64,000 bases of DNA from Eledone cirrhosa (Eukaryota). Shown piece after piece: positions 43,893 to 60,625 of the stretch; the stretch's first letter is position 1; every line of letters starts with the position of its first letter. The notes under the pieces are model-generated. The model was not told where the DNA came from. It saw nothing but the letters and a program-made list of their open reading frames with translations, and made no database searches. The stretch covers positions 189,782,001 through 189,846,000 of the forward strand of contig OZ024740.1 of assembly GCA_964016885.1 (NCBI GenBank). Direction: 5' to 3'. The position numbers and the translations under genes were made by a program.

Positions 43893-45077
43893 TATATATA
43901 TTTATATATACATATATGTGTGTGTGTGTGTGTGTGTTTGTGTGTATGTGTGTGAGCTGTATGTGTGTTTAACTGTGTCCATCACTTGAAATATGATATG
44001 TGAAAATACATTTATATTAAAACAAAGTCAACTGCTGATTCACACATACGTAAACTATTCACCTATATATGACACCATTCACTAGAATCTGACGGACACG
44101 CAGGTCCTTCTGAAATATGAAACCATCCCCCTGGCCCCAAAAATATAGATAATAATTTGCACTAATAGGTTCCTATTATTTAATTGGACTGACGTAACGT
44201 AGCTGAAACTATGTTATCACTCATCTATTTATTCGAAATATTTAACCCCAAAACGAGTCGACAACCCCAGTAATGAAAGAAGGGAATCCATATGCCCAAC
44301 CAATATGTAACCGACTAAATACGATTATAACCAGCATAAACAATACAAAGCAACCAAGCATGAACACAAATTGGAAAATTCATAACAGCGAAAATGCTAA
44401 CATGAGCTTGCCCGTTATACGTACTGGCTTTAATCTACATCAGTGACTTTCGATAAGGTAGCCTACTTATAAATTAGCTTCAATAATTCCAATTTGAAGA
44501 ATGTTCTTACTTTTAGTCTCTTTTTATTTATATATTTTCTTCCGTATATCATATTTTATCTTTGAAAATTATAATTACTTATATTCTTCATTTTCCCATC
44601 TGAATTACTTAGTTAACCAAAACTCTAATGCAGAACCTTTTAAATCAACGTTAACTCAAGTTCGTAATAACATACCTTGGCTAAAATCGCAATAATGTAC
44701 TTGATATGGTTATGAGATCAAATGAATGACATACAATATAAGAGTAATTTAGAAAATATTCGAAGGAAAAATCCACCAGCCTTCACAACAATTGTATGTA
44801 TTTCATCTATTTCACTTGGTGCAATGATTCGACGATATTTTAAGACTTTGGTTGGCGTAATTATTATTTTGAGGTATCCCGTCCAAGAAAAAAATACTAT
44901 GAAAAAATAATATAAATAAAGACGAAAAATGTAGTTTCTAAAGATGCAATTTTCAATGGCATCCATAATTTAGAGTGTCCTATAGAATGCATTAAAATAA
45001 TGTAAAAATAAACCTTAATGGTATGCTTAAATCTTAATTAATAGCCTACTGTAACATGGCGTAAACTATTCAAGATT

Positions 45078-45870
45078 ATAATAATGGTTTCTACTTTTGG
45101 CACAAGGCCAGCAATTATCCCAATGTATTACTAGTACTTTATTTTATCGACCCCGTAAGGATGAAAGGCAAAGTTAACCTCGGCTATTCAAGATGATAAT
45201 AATTGTTTCTACTTTTGGCACAAGGCCAACAATTACCCAGTGTATTACTAGTACTTTATTTTATTGACCCCGTAAGGATGAAAGGCAAAGTTAACCTCGG
45301 CGTGATTTGAACTCAGAATGGCAAGATATATGCGTCAAAGCATGGCGTCCGAGCCTCTACTGATACTGCCAATCCACCTGGTAATAATTGTTTCTAAATT
45401 AGGCACATGGCCAGCAATTACCCAGTGCATTACTGGTTCTTTATTGTATCGACCCCGTAAGGATGAAAGGCAAAGTCAACCTCGGCGGGATTTGAACTGA
45501 GATCGTAAAGGGACGTAACTATGCTGGAAAGCATGGCGTCCGACCATCCACCGATACTGCCAATCCAGCTGATAATAATGGTTTCTGATTAGGCAGAAGG
45601 CCAACGCTTTTGGGGGAGGAGAGAGTCGATAAAGTCAACCCCCTGCATTACTGGTGCTTTATGTTATAGACCACATAAGGATTAAATACATTGCTAACCT
45701 CTGCGGGATTTGAACTCAGACAATAAAGAGACATAACTATGCAGCAAAGTATATGGTTCGATTCTTTACCAACAATGCCAATCCAACATCCTAATAATAA
45801 TGAAAATAATTGTTTCTACTTTAGGCACAAGGCCAGAAATTAACCAGTACATTACTGGTACTTTATTTTA
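45078..45870 (-). mobile_element. Tandem cluster of about five full or partial tRNA-derived SINE copies
   Basis: Repeated ataattgtttctacttttggcacaaggccagcaatt...tcgaccccgtaaggatgaaaggcaaagttaacctcggc.ggatttgaactcag. The reverse strand has a B-box-like gagttcaaatcc. Confidence 0.85.
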
Positions 45871-46255
45871 ATGAAAATAATAATAATAGTATACATATTG
45901 TAAAATGTAAACAAATATTTACCGTGTTTTTGGGGTGTTTTCGAAAGTATGAATGTGTTGAGATAATTGTTCATATAATGATTGATTTTGATATGTTCGA
46001 ATGGGGATGAAACATTTGTAAATAGAAATTGAATGTGAACTTGTATTTGGTAATATGTTTTAATGAATAATCTGCTTCAGACATAATTATTTAACATAAA
46101 AGAAATTCGTACACATGTTTATTTGGAAAAGAAAATTAAGGAAGTATGATACGTAGTTTTATGAACAGTTTTTTATAATAAATTACCATATTTTGAGCTG
46201 ATATAAATTCTCCGCCTTTCCAACTTTTATATTTGTAAACAAAGTTCTTCATACA

Positions 46256-46287
<32 letters not shown>

Positions 46288-46612
46288 ATATATATATATA
46301 TATAACATTATAATATGATATATAATATTACATAATATAATTACATTATATTATATTGCTGACGTACCCAGGTTCTCCTGGGTAAACAGATGATAAGAGA
46401 AGACAGGTAAAAGAGAAAATGGCTATTGAATGTTTATCTGGCTTACAGTATGAGGCGAGTTGATTCCCAACCTGCTAGATATAGCAGTCAGGTTGGTTAG
46501 CATACCAGGGATGTTTGTCTTCTTTGATGTTAAACAGTTAGTGTCAATATACCTTCCTTCCTGCACTTTCCTATTATATTATTTTATATTATTATATTAT
46601 TATTGTTTTATA

Positions 46613-46805
46613 GTGCGCTGAATTGGCAGTATCGGTAGAGGGTCGGACGTCATGCTTTGACGTATAGATTTACGGCCCTTGCCATTCTGCGTACAAACCC
46701 CGCCGTGGTTAACTTTGTTTTCCTACCTTACGAGTTCGATGAAATAAAGTACCAGTAATGCACTGGGTAATTGCTGGCCTTGTGCCAAAAGTAGAAACAA
46801 TTATT
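46613..46805 (+). mobile_element. SINE copy
   Basis: gctgaattggcagtatcggtagagggtcggac...aagtaccagtaatgcactgggtaattgctggccttgtgccaaaagtagaaacaatt. Confidence 0.85.
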
Positions 46806-46829
46806 TTATATTATTATATATGCTGTCAT

Positions 46830-49150
46830 GGTTTATTATTTGTTAGTACGTCAACTTGCAAAATAAATTTAGGAACGAAATGAATCCTGCTCTCAAATAA
46901 ATCTACTTCAGACAGCTTCAAATATCCCTTTCCAAATTTCAGCTGTTGACCAGACCCAAGTTTTTGGTGAGGATATTCGTTAGTTAGACATATATTAACG
47001 AGACATGATACGGCAAACCTAATTGAGTGTTTTCTCTTGATTAGTATTGTTTTCATCTCTTCAAGTCTGAGTTATTTGTTTTGTTGGATTAAAGAGAACT
47101 GTGTAGATTCGCTTATCTAAGATAAGTGGAAGATCAGTACGGGTGTGTGTTGGATGAGAAGATGTAAAAATAAAATATTGTTGGGAATCAGTGGTTTGAT
47201 ATATATGGCAGCCTCTAGCTTTCTGTTTTGATTTGTTATTAGTATGTCTAAGAAAGGAAGGTTTTTTTATTTTGATTTGTTATTAGTATATCTCAAAAAA
47301 TGATTTTTTCGCTGCTGATTGGTTGTCAGAGTTCATATTATTCATGAGGCTTTGGCATTTCTTTAGTTCGTTAAGCTTTCCAATCGTCAAAGACATCCGG
47401 AACTTCATACGAGATGATCTAGTCATACACACCCATCTACTAAATGGAGTAAACCAAAACACTTACATTGCCTGCTGTGACCTTATATAAGAAAATTCCA
47501 CACGTCTACGGAATTGAGGGATTAAATACTGCCTGGATTCATTCCCCGATGAGCTACCCTATATGATTTATGTCTTGGAGATATTTTGCTATGAGCTACT
47601 TCATGTGATTTGTTGCTCTTGGTTTTATATATGTAAACGCCTTTCTATTCCATTGTTGATAATGCTAAATTGAAGGGTCTTTGCGTGAGTATATTTTTTG
47701 AGTTAATCCAGTCTTAACGCTTCGTCCGGGCTGATCCTATTTTGCAAATCATTTTTGCTAGGTTAAACGGAATATTCAATTACGTATGCATTGGGTTATT
47801 TCATGTAAAAAGAAGAAACGTTTTGAAGTCAGTGGTTTCATAGAAAGGTTTTGTTTCGCTTCCTCCGTGTGCGTTTGAACAATTCAGCTAGCCTGACCTT
47901 CCGAAAAATACTATCATGTTTTTCATTTCGTTTTTTTTTAATATCTTTGTGGACAGGCCGCAACACCCAGCCCCTTACGTAATATATCTATTTAGGTTCT
48001 TTGTCAACAACTTCTTTGACGACTAGCGTGTGATCTGGCATTTCTGTACTTATGCAAAAATAAAATTGATATTTTGCATGCTGCTGTTGTTTGCTGTTTA
48101 TCTGTTTATTTGTGGGTCTGTGGGATACATTTTTATTGACATTAATATAATGTAGGGAGCGGTATCTTTCACAGTCGTCCTTGTGTAGGGCTTGCGTTGG
48201 AATTTCATGTGGTCTCGATGGATCTCTTCGGAAATTCGTTAGGTTTATAATATGGTGTTGTACTTTGTTGTGATGGTGATTGGTTCTTTGGGAGATTTTC
48301 TGTTGCAGCTGTTTGTAGGTTCAGGTGAATTACGTGTGTGGCTTGTGTGTGTTTGGTTTTGTGATGGTTTGACTGTCTGTGAAAAGGTTCTTTATTATTA
48401 TTTTCTATGAAAGAGCTGTCTGTCTGTCTGGTATATTTTCGGAAATTCATCTTCATATTTAAGAACAAATGTTCACTCTTTTACCATTCTTGCAGTAATA
48501 TATGTTCAGCTTTCTTTACACTTCCATTTCATGTTCAATATTTTCCTATTTTTGTTTATTTGCAGTGGCTCTTAATTTTAAGAATTCTATTTCAATCTAC
48601 ATCCCGTAGCTCTTAGTTTTGTTGTTCTGCTTCATTAGATACCGGTTTATTTGTAATATTTTTGCTAAGATCAGTAGGTAACGTTTTTTATTGCTCGTCG
48701 CTGCCAGGTTTGTTTGTATTTTTTATAATGTTAAAACATGTGAATTTTCTTGGTTTTAAGTGATTTTTGCTGATGGTTTCTTTTTCCATTGTGTGGAATA
48801 AATGTTGGATGTTGAGATTGAAATAAAGAAAACCGAGTGCCAAAGCAAGATGGGCAGAGCCTAGCCCAGCCAAAGGACGCAGATAACAAATAGTTGGTGC
48901 TTGGGCAAGCAAGGCAGAGCCTAGCGGAGCCGGAGAAAGAAAGGTCGGTGCCAATTCAAACGAGACAGAGCCTAGAGCAGCCAAACAACGCATATAAATA
49001 ACGGTCGGAGGAAAGACACTGAAGCAGAGCGCAAGCTAGCTAAAGCATGAGGGTCGTAACTGAGACAAGCGAAGAAGAGAATAACAAAGCCGAATGACAC
49101 AGATAACGAATGATCGGTACGAAGGCAAGCGGGACAAAGCTAGCACAGAG
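46830..49150 (-). mobile_element. Highly decayed PLE RT region; boundaries approximate
   Basis: The minus strand near 47150-47260 gives LPFLDILITNQNRKLEAAIYIKP, then frameshifted TDSQQYF..SSHP.HT, a PLE RT thumb-region motif. Many stops. Confidence 0.6.
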
Positions 49151-49416
49151 AATATTGTTTTCATTTTGGGGATCGAACACTTTGTACACTGTGGTGTTTA
49201 AAGTTTAAAGTTATGTAATCGACAATTATACCACTTAACCACCTATATACATTTATTCTTGAAACTCGTTTCGAAACTTATATTGCAAATATATATATAT
49301 ATTTTTTTTTGTGTGTACCGATTTGCTTAAATATATATTTGTATACCGAGTTCGGTTATTCTATCAATTATAAAAGATTAATTTTACTATTATCTATATA
49401 TTCATATTTTGTTCTT

Positions 49417-50361
<945 letters not shown>

Positions 50362-50388
50362 ATATATATATATATATATATGTATATG

Positions 50389-50421
<33 letters not shown>

Positions 50422-50456
50422 ATGGATGATATATATATATATATAAATATATATAT

Positions 50457-50953
50457 ATAAACGTTTGAATATGTATAATAAAGCCAAGACAATGCAGGTA
50501 TGGACATAGAAAAACGAATGCAATTGCAAAAGATATTGTTGACAAATCGTCTTTATCTTAGATTTATTTAAATGTCCTTAATTGTCGAGATAATATCTCT
50601 TCTTCAGAGGGAAATAAAGGTCTTAAACCAGCGTTCTAAATATCTTGCCAAGCCATGCTGACAGCAAATAGTATAGAGTAGAACAGATACTCTATACTAT
50701 TTCCTGTCATCATGGCTTGGCAAGATATTTAGAACGCTGGTTTGAGACCTTTATTTCCCTCTGAAGAAGAGATATTATCTCGAAAATTAAGGACATTTAA
50801 ATAAATCTAAGGTAAATGATAATTTGTCAACAATAAATTTTGCAATTGCATTCTTTATTCTATGTCCATACCTGCATTGTCTTGGCTTTATTATACATAT
50901 TCAAACGTTTATACCTCATTACACAATGCTTCAAGTGAACTATAACCTCCTCC
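50457..50953. mobile_element. Hairpin module: 225-bp inverted arms (50457-50680 / 50688-50913), 7-bp spacer, HHR at 50757-50793
   Basis: cct CTGAAGA a gagata-t-tatctc GAAA at TA agg. A mirror copy lies at ~50575-50611. Flanked by (TA)n. Confidence 0.88.
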
Positions 50954-51128
50954 ATATATATATATATAAAATTGTCCGGGAAAGACTGCCCTAACGCCGG
51001 ACAGAGTTACCTCCCTTGACCTTCTGCAAAATCAAAACAAGCTATTTTTGCGAGCAATGAACCTTGAACGTGGATTTAACACCAAAAACTCTTTCCGAGC
51101 AATGTAAGGAACACTTTTGATTATTTAT

Positions 51129-51167
51129 GCCCTTGAGAAGCCCAACTGGGCGAAACGTACGTAGGTA
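51129..51167 (+). ncRNA. Hammerhead ribozyme, U3-A8 variant core, in a ~415-bp module (50968-51384)
   Basis: cc TTGAGAA gccca-ac-tgggc GAAA cgtacg TA gg. Confidence 0.75.
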
Positions 51168-51381
51168 CTGTTTTAAATAAACATATTTAACGGTCTATTC
51201 TCCGATTTCTTACTTTCCCACGTGCTTACGCTCTGCTAACTCTCTAGCCCACTAAATATTAACACTTCGAATATTTAATAATGCCGGCACTAGTATCGAC
51301 CACCTTTGGCATACGCTACTTGGCAAATAACTATATGTATCACCTATCCTCCCCTTTTTTCTCTCTCTCGATACGTAATTA

Positions 51382-51416
<35 letters not shown>

Positions 51417-51419
<3 letters not shown>

Positions 51420-51640
51420 ATGAAAGGCAAAGTTAACCTCGGCAGGATTTGAAATCAGAATGGCAACGGCCGTAACTCTATACGCCAAATCATGGCGTCA
51501 GACCCTCTACCGATACTGCTAATCCACCGCCCTTGTAATATTGTAATATATATATATATATTACATTCTGAATCCAAATCCTGCCGAGGTTAACTTTGCC
51601 TTTCATCCTTACGGGGTTGATAAAATGAAGTACCAGTAAT
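51417..51640. mobile_element. Two partial SINE copies in opposite orientation
   Basis: 51417-51532 (minus, 5' part) and 51565-51640 (plus, 3' part). Confidence 0.8.
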
Positions 51641-51684
51641 ACACCTGTAATACACCCCCCCCCCACACACACACAGACACACAC

Positions 51685-51739
<55 letters not shown>

Positions 51740-52018
51740 TATGTGTGTGAACTGCTATTTCTAATAGCCATCTTTTCACCCCTTGATAATGTGTGTGTGA
51801 GACACGTTGGCAGAGTAATTCTGACGGGAACTAAAAGATTGATACTTTTTAGCTTCCCGTCGCCACGTAATATTTGTAAATCAGTGGCTAGTTGAGAGAT
51901 AGCGTTCTATCGGTTGCCAGTTGCTAATCGCTTTACCGTGTCGGTTGTCACAAACAGTCATGACCGGCATGGGCCAGTGTTTGGATTCTGTCGATCGATT
52001 GGTTATTGATTAGGCCAT

Positions 52019-52125
52019 GCCCGCTGATGAAGCCGCATGAGCCGATGTGCATTTTTGCATTATGCAGACAGATGATGCAGTGTACCTTACTGCTGCATTA
52101 GTGCGGCAGAAACTCGAGTCCGAGT
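52019..52125 (+). ncRNA. Hammerhead ribozyme with GUC cleavage triplet and long stem II insertion
   Basis: gcccg CTGATGA a gccgca...(~65 nt)...tgcggc a GAAA ctcgag TC cgagt. Confidence 0.8.
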
Positions 52126-52255
52126 ACCTTATGGGCACCCGTTTTACGTGTGTTGTGTTGAAGCAATTAACTATGTTTATACTCTGGTAATGTATCTTAC
52201 ATTGCTCATATATATATATAATTTATATATATATACATATATATATATTTTACAA

Positions 52256-52447
52256 GGGCGGTGGATTGGTAGTATCGGTAGAGGGTCGGACGCCATGCCT
52301 TGACGTATAGAGTTACGGCCTTTGCCATTCTGATTTCAAATCCTTCCGAGGTTAACTTTGCCTTTTATCCTTACGGGGTTGATAAAATGAAGTACCATTA
52401 ATACACTGGGTAATTGCTGGCCTTGTGCCAAAAGTAGAAACAATTAT
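52256..52447 (+). mobile_element. Full-length SINE copy
   Basis: ggcggtggattggtagtatcggtagag...ttcaaatcc...ttgctggccttgtgccaaaagtagaaacaatt(ta)n. Confidence 0.85.
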
Positions 52448-52467
52448 ATATATATATATACACGATA

Positions 52468-52516
<49 letters not shown>

Positions 52517-52540
52517 GATAATACAATATAATATACATAT

Positions 52541-53062
52541 ATAAATGGAAAAAATGAAATTTCATTTTTCACTCTTAGTGCGGCTGATACTTAAATATAA
52601 GTATGTATACGTACATACATATATGTATACAGACATACAGTAGTAGTTATATATACACACATGCATACATATATATATACGTATGGGTTTACCGAACATT
52701 TATTATAATGCTCCGTTTGTTTGTAAACAAACAGCCCGAATTACGCCGTACAGTGTTCATCAACCATCGTTGTCCATTTGTTCAACACTGACAAAGGAAC
52801 GATGAAGTAGTTTCTAGCTTATTAGCTGTCATCATCACCGTTTACGTTCCTGTCAGCCGATTGGACGTTTGAAAGTATATACTTTCCTTAAGCATATTAA
52901 CAGCTGAGCAGCCTAATTTGCATATCAAGTGAGTTAGTCGGTCGGGTGTACCGAAAACGATAAATGGAAAAAAAGGAATTTCATTTCTCACTCTTAGTAC
53001 GGCTGTTACTTAAATATAAGTATGTATACGTACATACATATATGTATACAGATATACAGTAG

Positions 53063-53118
<56 letters not shown>

Positions 53119-53189
53119 CATGCACACGTATATATATGTACGTTTGTGTTAACCGAACATTTATTATAATGCTCGGTTTGTTTGTAAAC
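52541..53189 (-). mobile_element. Retrozyme-like module, ~1.5 tandem units (unit ~419 bp); decayed HHR at 52800-52840
   Basis: Unit boundaries at 52541 and 52960 (ataaatggaaaaaa..aatttcattt.tcactcttagt.cggctg). It is the reverse-complement homolog of 28561-29033. Confidence 0.82.
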
Positions 53190-53379
53190 TCGCGCACCCA
53201 CACACCCACACACAAGTGCACACACACACACATACACACAAATATACATATATATATTATATATATATATATATAAATTGATAATACAAAAGTAAGTCAT
53301 TCAGATATCGAAAGCTCAGATGCGATTTTTTCAATATCCAGATATTTATGAAACTTGTTGATGAATTCCATACGTTTAA

Positions 53380-53543
<164 letters not shown>

Positions 53544-54438
53544 AAGAGACATAAAGACATACATATTCTACATATTTATATATATATATATATTTATGCA
53601 AAACATATAGAATATATAGATGTATAAATATAAGATAAGTCCCTTAACACACATTCACACACGCACATACAACCCACCCCCCAACATACACACACACTTA
53701 CAACCACACACGCATATATATATATATATGCGTGTGTGTGAATATATTTGTAGCATGCGTAGGATTTAATTTTCGTTTTAAATATCATATTTTCTGAAAT
53801 AAATTATAAGAAGGTTGTGCATATTCATTTTTATCTCGTATTCTGACATAATTTACGTTTTATCTCTGAATACGTATCCAATATTAAGGGAATGGAATAA
53901 CTTATCGTAACATTGTAAATAAAATTTCAGTAAAGTGCAGATTGGCAACATAGAAAAGCTTCTGGTTGATTAACATATATTTAAAATGGTTATGAGTATA
54001 GCGATTTATTTTTAGTTCGTTGATGTTGAAGTAGCTGTATCTATATGGTTAACATGAACAACAACACCTGAACACACATAAAGGTACACGCACACCCACG
54101 CATATATATGGAAATGTGTATATATTTGTATGTAAATATTTTTACATGTATATTCAGATATCATATATCGAGCTGCTGAAATGGTAGGAGCTCAGCCGTT
54201 GGGGTTCCGAATCTTTCATATTACCCACTCTGGTGGTGACTAATAGTCTAACTTTATGGCTTCGATTCTGATTAGATAGATATATAGATATATAGATACA
54301 CACCCAGACACACCGACACACACACATAGATACACACATACACACACGCACACACGCACACACGCACACCCACACATATATATATATATTAATATTAACA
54401 ATAGTAATAAATTGAAAATATCACTAGAGCATCATGTT

Positions 54439-54498
54439 TATTTTATTATACATATTTCGAGGATACTAAATGATAGTACGCTTTCATGAGATAAAATA
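54439..54498 (-). ncRNA. Decayed hammerhead (G5 to C)
   Basis: Minus strand: tattttat CT(C)ATGA aagcgtacta-tcatt-tagtatcctc GAAA tatgta TA ataaaata. Confidence 0.6.
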
Positions 54499-54812
54499 CA
54501 ATATTTGAAGTACAAGATAGTGACCTCGACGGTCAACTTCCATTGGGTATATATATATTGAGTGAGTGTGAAAGACCAAAGGTCATTAATGAAAGTATCT
54601 GGATTTCGCAATATACATAATATTATTTATTGGAGAAGGTAAGATATTTTTCCGCAAAAATTTGATTGCACTGTTTTGCTTCCAGTTGTGTCTTTTTCGA
54701 AAATGTTATTTATTCATTATAAAAAGTAAACGATTGCATTCTATATGTAGGTGCGTCCCCTTCATCTCCTGGCAACCAATAAGTTTAGACTCTGTCCAAC
54801 GTTGTATGTATG

Positions 54813-57047
<2,235 letters not shown>

Positions 57048-57110
57048 ATATATATATATACTTATATATGTCTGTGTGTGTATGTGTGTGTGTGTGTGCG
57101 TGTGAGATAT

Positions 57111-57205
<95 letters not shown>

Positions 57206-57814
57206 GTGTGTGTTTGCATGCATGTTGGTATGTGTGTATGTCTTTTTGCGATTGCGAACATGTGGGTGTGTGGGTGTTCAATAGCGATGTATCTGTATCA
57301 TTATACATACGTTTGGGTGAGTGTATGTTATACTGACAGGTAAATACGTAATTACATCGATAGCAATATATTTTTCTCTATTACAACTGCTGCTATTATC
57401 TCACTGATTTACATGATTTACTTAATACATTCATATATGCACATAAATACACATATATATATATATATTTTCACATATATACTCACACACACATTTATTT
57501 ATATGTATATATATCAGCACAAACACGTAACGGAACACCCACACGCATAGGCATATCAACGAAACTTGACAGATCTCCCAGATATATATATAAAATAATA
57601 AATATGCACATTTATCAGTTGAAAATGTAGGGATTTATCTGAAGGGAAACTGAGAACTACGCAAAATTTTCCTTCAAATTAAATTAATTCATAATATATA
57701 TGTGCCTAATTGTTTTTAACAACTTAATAAATTCTAAACGTATCGGTTGAGTGAAAAGTAAGTATACGACATCATGATTATCATCAACATCATCGTCATT
57801 ATTGATTTTACGTC

Positions 57815-58780
57815 CGTTCTTCTATGCTCGTATGGGTTGGAAGGGCCCTTCTCAGCAATGCATCTCTCCACTCACCACGTTTCTTCGTCATCCTCTCGGT
57901 GAGTCTGTGCGATTTGATGTCAGCTTTAACCACCTTTAGCCTGGTTTTTCTTGGCCTACTACTACTGCGTTCTCCTTACACTGGCATTTCCTGGCAGTTT
58001 TCAACATATCGGTCATCATCCAGGTGCATTACATATCTGAAATACGCAGCTTTCTCCATGCACACCACCATAGGATTCTCTTAAAGCCAGTTTCTCCCTC
58101 TGTTCATCCAATCTCTGCCTTTTTCTTACATTTAAATTACACATCTATAGGAATATGGCTGCTTAATATGGCTCCAGTCTACACTTGTCTTTTGAAGTCA
58201 CTACCGATGTTTCACTACCATGCAGCATGACATGTCATAAACACGCGTGGTAAAGCCGTTCTTTGTACGTAGGGAGAAACCTTTTATTGTCAACAGTAAG
58301 TGTAGCTCCCTAAATGTCTCCTATCGTACACTCATTCTAGCTATTGTTGTCTCAAAACACCCTCTTCTCTTGCTAATTACGTTACCGAGATAGCACAAGC
58401 TATCAACCAATTCTGTGACTTGAAGCAGTTTATATCACTGACAGTTTTCTCCTCGATTACACTAGAGCGACTTCTCTATACAAAGTCTTTCTTTCCTGTT
58501 AGTCTTCTCGTTATCCTACTATATCTCTTGTGTACCAAATAGTTACCTTGTGAAAACCGTAAGGAGTTTATACCTACTCCTTTTCTTCATACTGAGCAGG
58601 TGCACTTGCCTAAACGGATCAGGATTCTATCTTCTCTCCTACTCACTAGCACTTTACATTCGCTAAGTTTAATATCAGACCCTTTGATTCCAATATTTGT
58701 TTCCTGAGGAAGAACCTATTCTATAGTTCTTTTTTGGATCCATCTATAAAGACCAAATTATCTGCATACAGAAAACAAGT
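57815..58780 (-). mobile_element. Decayed RTE-clade LINE 3' fragment
   Basis: Minus strand gives FLYADNLVFI..LESKGLILNL (YADD region) and a C-terminal SRPRKTRLKVVKADI...GEWRDA. A short-repeat tail lies near 57770-57800. Confidence 0.75.
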
Positions 58781-60625
58781 TAAGAGATGTCAGCCGGGAT
58801 CAAGTAGACTTACAATTAAGGGCATAACAAACATGAACCTCCGGGGATATGTATTCGCCCTCCTGTCAACCGACACCAAGAGACAGAGGGTAAGTTAGTT
58901 GGTGGTTGAGGATAGTCGTTCAAACATCACACTTATAAACACATACTCAACAATTTACAAACTCCAACGTGTTAGTCAATTTAAATGTAAACATTATAAA
59001 ATCCATCTAATGGAGTGTTATGTTACACGCATCTTGTTAATGACGACGGTGTGTTAATTATGTTACGAGTATGACAGGAGATGGGGCCCTTTGAAGTAAC
59101 GGAATAGAGGATTTGTGATTAGGCAAGGGCAAAATGGAAGTATGGATTGGTATCTGAGATTGAGATTGAAAGGATAAAGAAAAAGGATAAGCCAGGAGAG
59201 TAAGAAGGATATAGTAGCTCAGCATGTTGGAGATTCAAATAGAGAAGGGAGTATGGAAAACGATGGGACCCAACAGGAAGATAAGGAACTTAATATTCGA
59301 GATGATTACGGAGGTGACATTAACATTGATGAACTGAGGGATATATCAGAAAAAGATAGACAGATAACTGATGGTATATCGGAGATCTCTAAATCAGGAG
59401 GCGATAATGCAAATAATTATTTTAAAAATACAAACCAATGTCAACTGAAATAAATAACTAACAAAGTAAACATCTCCCTTGACAAGGTGTCAAATAGAAC
59501 CATCACAGAAACCAATAATCTAAGCTGTGCCGAAAGTATATACATTGCTAAAGAGTTGGGTCTGAAATATATTACACACAAGCAGATCAAGGAAACATGG
59601 TGGAAAAGGATGATTGACGGTGACATCATAATCCTTAGGAAAGGTATTGATGTTCTGGAAAGAGAAAGACAATGGGAATTTAAAACATGGAGAACTACAA
59701 TATCAGGAGAAAGAAGATTTTCTATGGTAACTGAGGAGCTAAAATAAAAGGTACTTGCTAAAGCTGCAAAGATTAATAAATATGAACAACGGACCACGCA
59801 GTATAAACAGAATATACGTTTCCAACAAAATCAGAAGAAACTCTATCATGATTTAAATTGCATGGCTAGGAATGATGTAATTCCTGATGCGGATAAAAGT
59901 AAGAATTTAGCAAGTGATATCTGGAGTGTAAGAAAATAGCATAATATGAATATGAAGTGGCTGACTAACAACGAAAATGACATTTGGGATAATCAACAGA
60001 GGGAATTGGAGGGAACAACTGATATTGTAACTATCCAATGTAGAAGGATACCAAACTGGAAGGCTCCTTGGAGAGACAGTGTTCAAGGATTCTGGTGTGC
60101 AAGTTAAGTGGGTTGTTGCAGTGCTAAGGAATATCACTTGTGTGATAGAGTGGAAATGTGATTAATTAAAAGAAGAGATTGATAGTAGAGTTAAGAAGCA
60201 TAAAGGTCCAAAACAGTAAACGGAAAGGTTGTATATAAACAAGACAGACGGATTGACACTTTGATTAGATGAAAAGCAATTGTAGGGTCCATTCTTACAT
60301 GAAATGCCTGACAGTTGACACTGGAATGCAAGAAAAAGAAATGGCGCATATTAATCAGTGCCAGAATATTAAGTGGAAATTGAGAAGGATGTGGGAATGT
60401 CATGAGATCAAGGGCATCCATTTTGTCATAGGAGAAATAGGTACTATCTCAAAGAGTTTTCAAGTCTGGCTAAATATCATGCACCTCCTGGGAACAGCAA
60501 CGACTACTGATACGACCTAAATAACTGAGTCAGTGTGTATCGGCTTGATGTTCAGTTGGGCATATTTTTCAGTGAAATAATACCCCTGGATGAGATATCA
60601 AATTGCTAATAATAATAATAATAAT
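58781..60625 (+). mobile_element. Decayed, internally deleted R4/Dong-like non-LTR retrotransposon
   Basis: [54 protein letters not shown](G).DSVQGFW, and REL-endonuclease-like LRRMW..FVIGEIGTISK. Ends in (TAA)n. Confidence 0.75.

Noticed and set aside
46355-46386. Hairpin tacccagg-ttct-cctgggta resembling a reverse Helitron 3' end
   Set aside because: The CTRR terminus is not intact and there are no other Helitron features.
52256-52350. tRNA gene
   Set aside because: A/B-box-like motifs belong to a multi-copy SINE head, and no cloverleaf is present.
53290-53340. GAAA-gc-TC and TTGAAAA motifs in a short inter-TA block
   Set aside because: The halves are on opposite strands and cannot be assembled into one hammerhead.
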